DNA of 64,000 nucleotides from Perna viridis (GCA_037379345.1 CM074518.1:1426001-1490000), one strand, 5' to 3'; shown: positions 25,801-40,800, counted from the stretch's first letter. The notes: generated from the sequence alone by a model not told the origin. Program-made: numbers and translations.

Positions 25801-28800
25801 TTATTTTAATGGGCCATTCAGTGAAAATAGAAAATGATGATATCAAACAAAGATATATCTACATGTTTACAGTTGCTGCATTGATGATTCATTGCAGTTG
25901 TGTATCCCAAAGAGACAAAAAATACAATTTAACAATATATCCTAACTTTTGTTGACTTGATACAATGCAATAACGACTTCATCAAATATTAATCTGTATT
26001 GTCTCAGAAAGGCGTGAAATATGCAGAATTCAATACTAAAATAGAACTCCCACAAGGCATAAATCATACTGATAAACTCACTTTCTATTCTCCTTGAAAT
26101 ACTTAATTGAGCCAGTAAAATACAGAATGGTCATTTGTAAGGCAGAAATTGTTTTACTTATGACTGCAAACTGTATGTATGAACACTTCTTTTACAAGAA
26201 CATTGCCTTGAAACAAACTGATGTTCGTAATTAAAATTACTTTTACACTAAATCAATGTCAGATTAATTAATGAAGAGATTCTCAAAACTTGAACAAGGT
26301 AAAGACGGCACCAGAAAATGGTTCTTGCCAATTAGAAACCAAATATACTCAGTATATTGTGGGCAATCATTTGTTTGTGGACCAGTGATGTATTTTATTG
26401 TTTACTGTGTAATTTATTTGTGGTGGATTAATATTTTATTTTTGGTCCAGTGATATATTTTTTATTGTTCATTATTTCTTAATTTGTTAGTGCCCCAGTG
26501 ATTCTTTTTTTTTTATTGTTCATTATGTAACTTGTTTGTGGTCCAGTGATAATTATTTTATTGTGTATTTTGTTATTTGTTTTGATTGCTTATCAACAAT
26601 TTAATTTGATTTGAAACAAACTTTCTGATGGGTTGGTTCTGTCTGAGGTTACTTTGTGTAACTTAGTATAACTAGGTTTGGTACTATGAAATCATTAACA
26701 TTGATTAGTCCACACTCCACGATTCAATAATGCATAATAAAATTTTGTTCACGAACCATTTAATGTTATTAAAATTTGCACTATCCCGCGTTAGAAATAA
26801 AAATTATAAAGAATGTTTTTAATGTTTGAACACCTGATTTGGGCCAGTTTACAGTTTATAAATGTTAATTGCCATAAACCAGTTACTTATATAACCTGTT
26901 CAAAATTGGAAACATTCCTTAATTGTAATTTAAAAATAGCATAAAAAATAAAGAGCTGTGCTTTGAGTGCATGATACGCCCACTGCCCTTTTAACTTGTC
27001 TTTATGCTTTTAATGAATTTATATGATCAACTAGAAATACTGTGAGCCCTGTCAAATACACTCCCCCCACCCCCAAAAACAGTAAATAAAAAATGTAAAA
27101 AACTTGCCACTATCATAACACATGGTCCGTTTTCAATGATTTTTCAACAAATAAATTTCTATGGACATTTCAGCCTTTTTTTAAAGGGTAAAACTTCATA
27201 ACATGGAAATGTAAAATTTGACATTTATACAAATTGGAAGGGAGCTTACTTCAATAGATAAGAACAATTCAACAAAGTTTCATAAAAGTTAGTGAAAGTG
27301 TTTCTGAGTTGTTGTGCAAAAACCTGAAAATCCCCCTTTTTTTAAGTATAAATATTCATAACACGGAATTGATAAATTTGAAATTTATAAAAATCTAAAT
27401 GGAGCTTATGTCAACAGATATGAACAATTCACCAAAGTTAAATAAAAGTTGGTGAGTGTTTTTGAGCTATAGTACGAGGTGTTGACAACAGACGGATGGA
27501 CAGAAAATGGTATACCACAATATGTCCCGTTTTAGACGGGCGTATAAAAGTTAAAAAAAAGACAGTAACTCCAACATGGCTTAACAGAATTACATGAAAA
27601 TTTGACCACAGATAAATCCCATCATGCATTACACCTTTTACAGATATAATATTGCTGAACCTAATGGTTCAGGAGATTCATGTGAAAAACTCCATCATGC
27701 CGAACACTTTTTCCTGTTAAAGTTTTCCTAAACCTAATGATTCAATTTCCAGTAAAGACAAACATTTTTTTCCATGGATCAAAAGTCCCAACCTTTGAAT
27801 TCTAGGTAGAATAATTTAAGGAACATTCAAACCAAGTTTACTTCTTATTGATTCAGTAGTGTCAGAAGAGAAGATTTATATAAAATTGTTAATGACAATG
27901 GACAACATCTATGGACACCAAGTGATTGCAATAGCTCACATAGGTGAGGTCAAAAGTTAAAAAGTGATGTATGGCTACTTACGACTATGTTGAGATATTT
28001 GGAAGTCTTTAAATCTTTTGGACACACAATAATTAACTAAATCTGACAATTCTTTAGCTAGTTTATGCTTTTTCAATGATCCTTCCTGTAAAATAAAAAG
28101 TAAATCACAGTACTAACTAATTACTACCTCAATAACAGCTAACAAGCAATTTGAGACTTTTGCATGACAATACAAAGTCTACTGGCAGAACAAAAATCTC
28201 TTTGAGAAAACAGAATGCAAATTTCATGAATAATTTGTTAACAAGGAAAGTGCAGAAAAAAAAACCTGAACTGCATTAATTTTTGAAGTTTAAGAGCTGT
28301 TATATCTTGTGATCACAATACTTTTTTGCTAAGACAGGGTTTTCACAATAAAATCTTACCCTGGATTTATTGCTTTTCTTTTTCTCTGACTCTGCACCCT
28401 CATCCTCATCAGTCACCATACCTTCATCTGAATCTATGTTCAGCTCTAATTTTTTACCCTAAAAATATCATTCATTCGGCACTTTTTTAAACTAAATTTC
28501 GTAAATGTTCACCAGTTTTATAACCAGTGAACTACTTAACCTTTCCTGGACAATATAAAATGTAATCACAGAGATATGTCTCACCAGTCACACATGGTTG
28601 CTGTGATTGAAAATTTTATAGTGTCTGCAGTGGCATGAAATGATTAAGTAAGACATTAACATTCCCTAAACAAACATCAAACCCACTTACAATTAATCTC
28701 AACAATACCTTGCAATATAATTTTGGAAAGAAATGTATTTGATATGCATTTATTTAAATATGCACCTAACCACATATTTCTATGACATTCCAAAACATAT

Positions 28801-31800
28801 TCTCCATACATCTCCAAACAAATAAAACATATGTTGCATATATTCAGTGTAGGCTAAATCAGAGTTGTCAGCTCCTGAAATTTTTATGTAGCAATAAATG
28901 GGTAATATCAGAATAGTTTCTCTATTTTAATCACTAGACATGTAAAGTTTCCTTATCTCACCTACTGGTTTAGTTCGAACAAGTGGGCTTTCTCATAAAA
29001 AATGGAACAATGGAATAAAGAGTTTGTAAATGATCAAACCTTACCAATATGTGTTTGAAAATTAATTCAAATTATTAATTTTAATGAGAATGACTATTGA
29101 TTGATTATTTCATTCAGTTTATTTATTCAGTGACTGTTATGAATCATCCTATACTTTACACCAGGTCATGACGGATATGTCATGATCAGCTGTTAAATAT
29201 TGGTCAATTCAAAACAATAACTATAAAACAAACTGGACATGAGAAATCTCAGACACCATTGGGTAAGATATAATAGTTCTCAGCAGAGCCTTGTTAGACA
29301 CTGATTAAAACTTACCCTCGGGGGTCTGAGATTTCCCAATTTTGTACTTGCACAGGTGTTAAGTTCTAAATACCTTCACTAATATTTTGCCTTTTAAAGT
29401 TTCTAAACATGGCAGACATGTTGCATTCTCATCAACAGAATCTATGTATAGTTTCTCCTTGAAGATCGTTGTCATATAGTTAGCCATGATTCTCTGTTGT
29501 TTCACACTACAATGGTTCTCTATTGATAACACAACAGGATATCTACAAAGACAAAATACCTCACTCATGAACAGATTAACTGGTTGTTAAATAGAAAATG
29601 AGTAAATTTTTGAATGACAATTTGTGATCAACCCTGCCAGTTTGACACTCCAAGTCACATTATTGTAATACATGCCAGTTCAAGGAAACGGCAATTAAAA
29701 ACATCACCAGGCTCAGAAATACTGCTCCGACATAAATTCAAACCATCAGTATAAAGACAAATTAAGTTCCTTATCATTTTTCTACACGATGATAAAGGGT
29801 ATAATAGGTGAGGTAGAAATACTCACATCACTTTTATTATCAATATTTATAATGAATACCACTGTTGTTAAGTAACCCATATTGGGGTTACAACTGTTGA
29901 TGATGGTTTACCTAGGGCTTACCGTATATACTAGAGTATAAGTAGATCCACCTGTAATTTAGACACCCCTTTTCAGTCAAAAATTTCTGGAACCTAGCCT
30001 TGACTGGCTTGGACCCATTTCTGACAGCTGCATCACTATTAAATATTTCTTAATTACAGTGAATATACAGACAGTAGAAGTAATTATTTACCACTTGTGG
30101 TAAAATGGGCGTGGCATGCTATGCATTTACTTGGTTCTCGTTATTTATAGAAATAAATATATTTCATGACAGAAGTAAATTTAAGTGCATTCATCTCTAT
30201 TGATGACGTAGAACACACATTTTTTTATTGTTTGCTACACTATTTACACAAAAACTGAGCATTTCTGACATGGGTCGAAAAGGAAAAGAATTGAGTAATG
30301 ATGTTCGAAATTTGATATTTGAATCTATCAAGAATAAAAATTTCTCAACTTAAGCAAAAACTTAAGGGATACCAAGGTCTACTATTAAAAGCATAGTGAA
30401 AAAATTTGAGAAGTACGGTTCAGTAGAAAATCCCACTGGAAGGGGGTGGAAAAAATTGTTTACTGACTGGGATAAAAACCAACTTTCAAGGATCGTGAAA
30501 GGGAACCGCCGAAAAACTCTGAAATGATTAATTGTTAGTTTTTAATGGCGTTTCAGCAACCAGGGCTATATCACGGCAAGAAGATTTCGTGAAAGACATT
30601 ACTGGTATTTTTAATGAAGGTAAACATTTAGCTCAAGGACTATCAGAGAAAATGGGAACAGTTTAGGGTACAAACAGAGGGTTTGCGAAGAAAAGAGGGC
30701 CGGTCAGGGAAGTAAACAAGAAAAATAAGGTTAAATGATGCGAAGAGAGAAGAAATTGGACAGTCAATGAACACTGGCGTAAATGGATATTCAGTCAAAT
30801 AGTGATTGGTCAAAATAATAAGATTTATATATGGAGAAAGGCAATGAAAAGTATAACTCGCAACTTGTGTGTCCGCCATGTCACTGTAAACTCAGTATTA
30901 TGATCTAGGGGTGCTTATTTTATAATAAAATGGGAACAATAACAGATGTTCAAGGAAACATCAATGCTCAAAAATACATACAGATAGTCAACGATAATCT
31001 TTGGCCTGTTATTGCCAGACATTTACCCGAAAATGACTACATTTTTATGGACGACAATGCCCCTGTTCATAGAGTAAATATCAGGAAGGCATTAATGACA
31101 AACAACAATATAAATGTGAAAACATGGCCGGCACAATCACTAGATTTGAATGTTATCAAAAATATTTGGCTACGACTTCAACAAGAACCCTTGTTAGTTT
31201 CATCAACACCCGCGAAGAGCTGATGGCGGAAATTGGGACAATCTGGTAAAATGTGCCACAGTAAGAAATTCAGGGACTTTACCATTCCATACTTTTCAAA
31301 ATAAAGGAAGAAATTAAAATGAAAGGAAATCTAACCAAGTTTTTAGGTAAGTTTTCATTGTAAATCACGACAATTTACGATATAAAACGCCACCATCTTG
31401 AAAGTGCCGATAATTAATTCCACTGACTGTACCTGTTTGTTTTGATGTCTTCAATAAACATTGAAATAAATAATTACAAGCAAGAGTTGTTTTTATAGTA
31501 GTAAGTAATTAAATTCATGACAAGCCATGTTTTTCTACAGCAATTTTTCCATTCATTCTAATTTTGGTACAACCAATAACCCAAATTAAAATCATCAATA
31601 TAAGACTCAACAAAGAATAAAACAGGAAGTTTATGATACTTTGACAACTCATTTGAAGATATTTCAGTAAATTAAGAGGTTTTATCTTACGAAAAAAGAA
31701 ATTTACAAAAAGAATTGTAAAAACCAACTAAAATATTGATTACTTTTGTCACAAATTATGGTACATTAATGGTTCATGTTTCTATTACATCTTTGGGTTT

Positions 31801-34800
31801 TTGGCTACATTTGTGTACACAGGTACACCCTGAATTCTATAACCTGTACCTGTACCAAATTCCCTGTACCCAAATCACTGTATTGCCAATTTTTCTATTA
31901 TTATTTGGAATTTTATACTGAAACTTGGTCCTAAAGTTCTGAATGATGTTTTGAATCAGTTGAAGTTAAAACTAGTTGAAAACATTTATGATATTTTCAA
32001 AGTCAGTCGATTTTATGTTCTCATAAGTCCAGAAATGTATAACCAGAAGTTACTGTCACCAATGTCTAAAAAAATGTCAAGAGTTTAAATTTCATAATGT
32101 ACTGTAGCACGGATCCCTGTACCAGCAGAGATATGACCTTATCAAGAATGAAAAAGAAAGTCTCATAAAAAGAATCAGATGTGATTTTAATCCCCACCCT
32201 TGAATATTTTAATAAAAGTATGGCATTCTAGTGTGAAATATATGATAAAATTGTACAAATAACAAAATTACTGGACTTTGATTTTGGGTACGGGAATTTA
32301 GGGTTACACATTTAGGTACTTTTGAAAACTGAAAATCAAATAAAATCAAATTTTCTAACAATATTTTAAAAATCATTGATTCTAGTCTAGCCAAAATATC
32401 ATTTTTTAAATAAGTACAAATCATTTGCTGCAAAATGTCACATAATAATGAATAAAGAAGGGTATTTGGGTATGGGGGAAAGTTGGAATGGATAAACGTT
32501 ACACATTTCAGTATGTACCATGTACACAGGTAAAAATCAAAACACAAAATGGATGAGTGGGAAATACCAATAAAATCATAAAAGGCCAGTATTGTGGCAA
32601 AATAAAGACTAAACAGTAAATATTCTTTTACTGCATCATATTTTAGCTGTAAAAGGTAGAAGATGAAAACAATCTTCCTAAAACTGACGTTTACAATTTA
32701 TAATAACATTGGGGTAAATGATGCCGGTCTGGCTGTTCAATGGGTGTCATGCTCATGTCAATTATGAAGCTTTTAACATTTTTAAGCTGAAAATTTTATT
32801 CATAAACTAAATCTTGTCTATAATTGGAAACTTCCCCAGCAATTTAGTCCAAAAAGTCCAACTTATAGGCCAGTATATATGGTAATTAGCCCTATACAGT
32901 TAATTTTTGTTTATCGTAAGCTTTAATAGCCTCTATTTGGGCTACAACTGTCAACGGTCCCTTACCGTGTAAAGATGTCAACATTGAACACAGAAATAAA
33001 TAACATCAAAGATGTCAACATTGAACACAGAAATAAATAACATCAAAGACGTCAACATTGAACACAGAAATAAATAACATCAAAGATGACAACTAGTTTA
33101 CTGAAAAATTGTCTTAATTGAAAATACATATAACTATTTTTAACGGGCAAAGCAATGTCAAACCTTCCATGGTCTACAAAAAAAGGTAAGACTTTGGCAA
33201 GGATTAAAACTTACACCCTAACTTGGACAAGCATGCTAAGCTATGGCTAGACCATCAAAATCCATTAACTCCTGAACATGGACAAGCATGCTAAGATACT
33301 GCTAGATCATCAAAACCTTCCGTCATGCCAAAAAAATCTTAGCACTAAAATACATACTGTGACACTCTAAAAGCATATTCGTTGATCGTCTCTATAACGG
33401 ATTTGAAGGTGATTTTTGAGGTAAAAGTATGTCCATGGTAAATCATTGGTTCCTCGTTTGGACCGTCCCAGCAGTCCACTGAAATAACAAATCAATACTG
33501 TAAGGACTGTCCGAGCAGTCCACTGAAATAACAAACCAATACTGTAAGGACTATCCGAGCAGTCTACTGAAATAACAAATCAATAATGTAAGAACCGTCC
33601 GAGCAGTCCACTGAAATAACAAATCAATACTGTAAGGATCATCTCAGAAGTACACTGAAATAACAAATTAATACTGTAAGGACCATCACAGAAGTCCACT
33701 GAAATAACAAATCAATACTGTAAGGACCGTCCGAGCAGTCCATTGAAATAACAAATCAATACTGTAAGGACTATCTGAGCAGTCCACTGAAATAACAAAT
33801 CAATACTGTAAGGACTATCCGAGCAGTCCACTGAAATAACAAATCAATGCTGTAAGGATCGTCTCAGAAGTCCACTGAAATAATAAATCAATACTGTAAG
33901 GGTCGTCTCAGAAGTCCACTGAAATAACAAATTAATACTGCAAGGACCATCACAGAAGTCCACTGAAATAACAAATCAATACTGTAAGGACCATCCCAGC
34001 AGTCCACTGAAATAACAAATCAATACTGTAAGGACCGTCCGAGCAGTCCATTGAAATAACAAATCAATACTGTAAGGACTATCTGAGCAGTCCACTGAAA
34101 TAACAAATCAATGCTGTAAGGACTATCCGAGCAGTCCACTGAAATAACAAATCAATGCTGTAAGGATCGTCTCAGAAGTCCACTGAAATAACAAATCAAT
34201 ACTGTAAGGACCGTCTCAGAAGTCCACTGAAATAACAAATCAATACTGTAAGGACCGTCCGAGCAGTCCACTGAAATAACAAATCAATACTGTAAGGACT
34301 ATCTGAGCAGTCCACTGAAATAAAAAATCAATACTGTAAGGACTATCTGAGCAGTCCACTGAAATAACAAATCAATACTGTAAGGACCATCTCAGAAGTC
34401 CACTGAAATAAGAAATCAATACTGTAAGGACCATCCCAGCAGTCCACTCAAATCAATCTACATTGTATATACAGCCATATACTTTTAGGACTATCCCGGC
34501 AGTCCACTGTTGTATAGTGAAGACTGTCCAAGAACTATAATAGGATAATTAATTGGAAAGAGTGAATAACCAAATATGATCAAGAGTTCTGAAGAATGCC
34601 GGGATGTAACGAGTGTGCAGAACTTGTTCTGCGAGCGAGATCAATCTTTACGCGTTCTTGGCATGAGTGATCACATTATGATTATGCACAATAACCAATT
34701 GATCATCCTATTTACTATATAGATTTCCTCCATTATTCATTGCTATTTTCAATATGAATTTTATATTTTGTGAACGGCGGATTGATATTTGTATTGTGAA

Positions 34801-37800
34801 GTTTTGGCAGGAGAAAGTGTGAGAGTGAAATTACCAGATTTATTTCACAGTGTGAATTTTTTTAACACTGGAAACATTTGGTAAATCACTGCTATCTATA
34901 TAATAATGTATTTAACCTAGAGTTAACACCAATTATTTATGTTATTTCAAGTCTTGAAGCAGCGATTTGAATAAAATGCAGAGGAACTTTCACCACCAGT
35001 GCCTTATTTAACAAATGCACAATGTGCTTTCACCACTAGTTCCCTTCTGTATATGCATGTAGTGTGCTTTCACCACCAGTTCCCTTCTGTACATGTGTGT
35101 AGTGTTCTTTCACATCGACATCCTTTATCTAATGCATTACAAACTTACATTCTACACATTGACATCCTTTAACTAATGCATTACAAACTTACATTCCACA
35201 CATCGACATCCTTTATCTAATGCAGTTATATAAGCTTCTATACTGGAAGGTCCTTGTAACTGGTCTTTCATTAAATATCTACAAAACACAAATAGAAACA
35301 AAGGATTCTTATAGTACTGTAACATGTCAAGACTTTTAGACTTGATGTTAAGGTTCAGATTGTTCTACTCAAGCACTTTCTATGTTTTCTCTATAGCTTG
35401 CGCAGAACATTTATGTGAATGCCATAGACACTCACAATTTCCTTATAATGTATATTTGTGCATGCTACTGTTTGTTATCATATATATTTTGGGAAAGTTC
35501 ATAAGAACAAGTTTGTCCTCACTGTTTCCCCCCATTACAAGGTCCCTACTTTAGTTTGTCCATGTTTCTCATCAGTCATTTCATGTGTAAGGCACAAGAA
35601 CAGGTTGTGTTTTCCTTTTATTGTACCATGTATCAGTTAAATCTTTGGGTGCCACGATCTTCTTCCCTTTAGCCCCATTTATTAATTTTGTGCATGTGTA
35701 GCATCCATTACAATGACTGGGACACTCAACCAATCAATAATCTGAAGGGTCCCCAACAGAGTACAAAACCTCTGGCACTGTCTAATTCCAGGATACTGAC
35801 GAAGACTAAGATTCAGGACAGGGGCTGAAGAGACAGAGACTGACCCGTTACTAGGGCTACATACTTTAATAACCTTTTATTACAGACCAGAGCGGTCAAG
35901 CACAGTCTTTCACAATCTCCTACCAGGATCGATATTTTCCCTGGACTTATTGCAGGTGGTGTTGCCATAGATGTCACAATGGTAAGAGTTTGACTCCTGC
36001 AGAGCAAAAATTTGCTTTGCAAATTTGACAGTTCTAACATTGTTGGGGAATTTTTCAGACCCTTCTAAACTTATATTATCTTCCCTGTATCAATTTGATT
36101 CGATGGAGCAGTGTTTTGAAGTCATGTTATTATTTATAAACAAACCAAATAGGGGGTCTCTGATTATTCTTTAATGCTCTGGTATTTGTCTCTAATGAAT
36201 AGTATATTAAGTTGAATGGCTAATGTTCTTCATAAAACAAATATGTCATTTCATGATAGTTGGAATCAGTGCATTACCCTTGAGCAACCTTTGAGTATAT
36301 TGCCACACTACTAGTGCAGTTATAGTATAAAGAAAATATTCTATAGTGGTAAAGGCCACAACCCCAACATAACAACACTGTGACTACAATCTTGTTGTCA
36401 ATCAAGGAGAACACATTACAATTACTTTGTGTTTTGCACAATGTGTTTGTGTGTTTGTGACTTTTTGGGGGTAGTGATGTTATTATATCAACCTTAACTC
36501 TTAGCCATGCATGCAAACCCCATTTATATCAACCTTAACTCTTAGCCATGCATGCTAACCCCCCTTTTATATCAACCTTAACGCTTAGCTATGCATGCTA
36601 ACCCCCTTTTATATCAACCTTAACTCTTAGCCATGCATGATAACCCCATTTAATGAAGTTCTTCAAACTATTTTTGGTAACTTTTTTTAAAAATAAAAAA
36701 AATCCATATTCGATAAGAAATGAAAAAATATATTTCTTCCTTCATGCACATCTATATATGATACCTAATCTTCCTACAAAATTCCATCAAAATTCATTTA
36801 GCAGTTTAGATGGAGTTGCCCTTACAAGAAATGTGGGCAGACAAACAGAGTAACTTTGATTGTGAGGTAATTAATACATGAACTCTGTACAATCTAAATG
36901 AGTCCTGTATCAACCACTACCAGGATCTTAAATAATTTCCTTTTACATTGTTTCAATATTTTCTTCCTTGATTTGAAAAAAAGGCAACTAACTAATCTAG
37001 GAATTTTTTAATAAGTTTATTTAAAACAAGTCATGTTTAAATGTTTGCATGGTATAATTACTTCCTCATTGTAAAGAATGCTACACTAATATGGTCCAGA
37101 CTTAATCAAGTTTGCCCTTTGTTTAACCTTATACACCTAACTACCTTGGGAAAAAAAAACTTAACTGATAATGGCTTTATATGAAACTAGTGCTCTTCAG
37201 GAAATATGGTACTAGAATATTTGATGACAACCACTTAACAGTACATTCTGTGATTTACATGACTATGGCTAATTTCGTTTATCATGCCTAAATGCAAGGG
37301 GATTTTCTGTCTCAGAGTAAGAACTTTAAAATAGTGGTGCTGAAGAAATATGAAAATGGCACAATATAAAACATTTGTAAACGCTCACTTAATCAGCTCA
37401 ACTCTGCAGCTAAACTCAAAAAGCAATATTTTATTCTTTCTTAATACAATCTTGACCATACTAGCATTTACACTTACACAGTAAGTTAACCACTGTAGAT
37501 CATTACTCATGCTGAATAGCATACTCAATTCAACATCTCTTTCTGACTGGAATGTTTCGTATTCAAAGAGAAAGTGAAACAGGAAAATAAGCCAAACTGA
37601 TACAGAGAGATGAGAGAAGCTGATACAGGGAGATAAAAGAAACTGATACAGGGAGATTGAGAGATACTGATACAGGAAGATTGAGAGAAAACTGATTCAT
37701 GGAGATGAGAGAAACTGATTCATGGAGATGAGAGAAACTGATATATTGAGACGAGAGAAACTGTTACAGGGAGATGAAAGATACTGAATATTACCTCAAA

Positions 37801-40800
37801 ATCTGTATCACATGTGGTATCAACCCGAGACTTCTATGACCCAAAGGGCCACCGGCCCCCAGGGTGATACAGGTTGAGGGTTGATCATTATATCGTATAT
37901 TTTAACTATACTTTAAAGTATGGTTCGTGAAGGGGTGTGATATAGTGTATGCGACATAGGTCTAGGGATGTGACATAGGGTATGTGATAAAGGTCTAGAA
38001 ATGTAAATATTCTACAGGGAGATGAGAGAAACTGTTACAGGGAAATTGAGAGAAATTGATACAGGGAGATTGAGAGAAACTGATACAGGGAAACAAAAAA
38101 AACTGTTACAGGGAGATGACAGAAAATGTATATATCAGGAGATGAGCGAAACTGATACAGGGAGATGAGAGAAATTGATATCAGGAGATTGAGGGAAACA
38201 GATATCAGGAGATTGAGAGAAACCGATACAGGGAGACTGAGAGAAACTGAGATGATAACTTCATTACTCTCTTATAAAAGGACCTCATACAAACTTACGT
38301 GTTATGAGAACTAGAGATGAAATAATGACAGAGAGGCTGAGACATATCTTGACAAACATCTTTATGATCTGGATCAAACAAGTTACATTCATCTGACAAC
38401 AGGTACTGAGTAAAACCTACAATAAAAAGCAGCATAACAGCATGATGTTTCTTTGGAAGATGTATACATATATATAAGGGCCTAACTTAAAAATTACTGT
38501 CTTTAGAAGCCAAAGGCAGATAGATCAATCAATGAGCTATTTGTTAGAAAATTTATTTTGAAGTTTAAAATTGAACCAACATAGTATCTAAGATAACTCC
38601 ATTTTCTTACCCATTTTTACATTGAATGTATGCATTGTTTTCTTCTTAAATACGTTTTTTGAAACATTGATTTTACAATGATATATTATAATCTTTGTGA
38701 AGGCTCACCCAGTTAAAGCACTCCTCACTAAACTAAAATAAATTTATTCAACTGATCAGAGCTATAATCTTACACAGTGGAATACATATAATGGAACATT
38801 GTATTGTATCATGGTAAGTTGGGGTAATAGCTTGGCAATAGAAGTTATACCACAGGCATGTTCTTTCCAGTGGTGAGTTGGGGTAATAGCTTGGCACTAG
38901 GAGTTATACCCCAGGCATGTTCTTTCCAGTGGTGAGTTGGGGTAATAGCTTGGCACTAGGAGTTATACCCCAGGGGTGTTCTTTCTAATAACAAGGAAAC
39001 TGTTTATCAAGAATATAAACCTACTGACTGTAATAACTTTTACATCCCATCACAGTATTACTCCAATAATAAAGTTAGAATTGGGGTATAGAAAAAAGAC
39101 AATGTTACCCATCTTGTATTTCTAGTTATCTTAATAATTATCTGTTTTCAGTCCAGCAGATATCAACAAGTCAATTAGTTTTTAAACTTATATTTTTCAG
39201 TTTGCATAAAAAAACAATTAATTTTGGAGTTCGAGTGATAGAACATGTTTTCCCAAAGGTTCTCTCTATATTTAAAGTACTCCTTAAGTGCAGATACTCT
39301 ATTTCAAATGTAAAAAAAAATCTATTATTGATTACAGAAAACTGGCAACACAAAACATCAATTTCTCACCAACCTTAAGCGTTTCTAACAAGATCATCTA
39401 TATTGAAACTACATAGGATATAATCCAATTTCCATGTTGAAACTTAATAAATGATTAAAATCAATTTTAAGCATTGTTTACATGTCTAGAAGATCCCTGC
39501 ATCAGTACATGTGACTATTCTACAGCTGTGTGTTGTGAAAAGAGACTTCCTAGGACACATCAGATCTTATTTAGATTATCTTAAATAATGATACTAGGCA
39601 TCATATGCAGTACAAAACAAAACAATAAATAAAAACAATAGATGAATTTATCTGAAGAAAGTGACATTTTCTGATTGTTTTTGGGAAATTGAGGAATGCA
39701 TAACAGTAATATTGAAAGTTTCAATTTCTTAGTGATATTATAAAAAATGTCTCTTTCAAATGATGGTCAATAAAACCAATATTGTACAGTTATGAGAACT
39801 ACTCTGTAATTATTTCCTCTTAAGATTACAAAATAAAAATATTCACCAGCAATTATGAAAGGTTTAAATTATTTCTTCACTCAAGATGACAAAATTTTGA
39901 TGTTTGACATTTAAGCTTAAGCAAGCTGGTTAAAATCTAATTTTACCATTAAGAGCTGAAAAGAGTTCAAACAAAGAATAGGCTGAAGAAGAATTAGTTT
40001 CTTCATAAAATCATTAAATAAAAAACATGAAAAATGTCTCACTGAAATTTTACAACCACCCATTGGTTAATAAAATACATTGTAACAGGAGAAGAATTTA
40101 CCCTATAAATCAATCTGATGCTTGCTTTTGTTGTATGAAACACTATGGTACAATTTAAAAGAATTTTGTTCACTTATAGTCAAGTTATTGTTCAGACATC
40201 ACGAAAAAGTTTGTTTATGGTGCCATTCCTTAACAGTTTCAGTCACTATCCCACAATCCAAGCATTCCTTTTATGATATAACACCTTGTGATCAAATTTC
40301 AAAGAGATCCATGCATAATTTATCAAGTTAATGTCCAGCGTCATGAAAATGCTTCTTTTTTTGCCCCTATTCCTCAACAATGGAGTTACAACCTTGGAAA
40401 TCAATCTCAGTTTTTCTTTTTGTGGAATGATACTTGTTGATACAATGTCAAAGAGATCCATTCACATTTGATCAAGTTATTTTTGGGAAATTATGAAAAT
40501 GCTTGTTACTGGTCCCTTTTTGGCCACTGATTCCCAAAAGATTCAATTCTCAATCACAAAAATCCCACGCTTCATTTTGTGGTTTGACACCTTGTGGTAT
40601 AATTTCATAGATATATAAACTAACACTCAAGTTAATGTTGTACAAGAACAATGATGACAGCAGTATGAAACCATTGTGCAACAACAACGAAATTTATGGT
40701 TGAATAAAAAGTCACAACCATTTTTTAATCAATGGCTTTAAATGGCAGATCAATGGATACTTACTGTACCTAGAAACTTATAAGGTACCTACCATCAATG

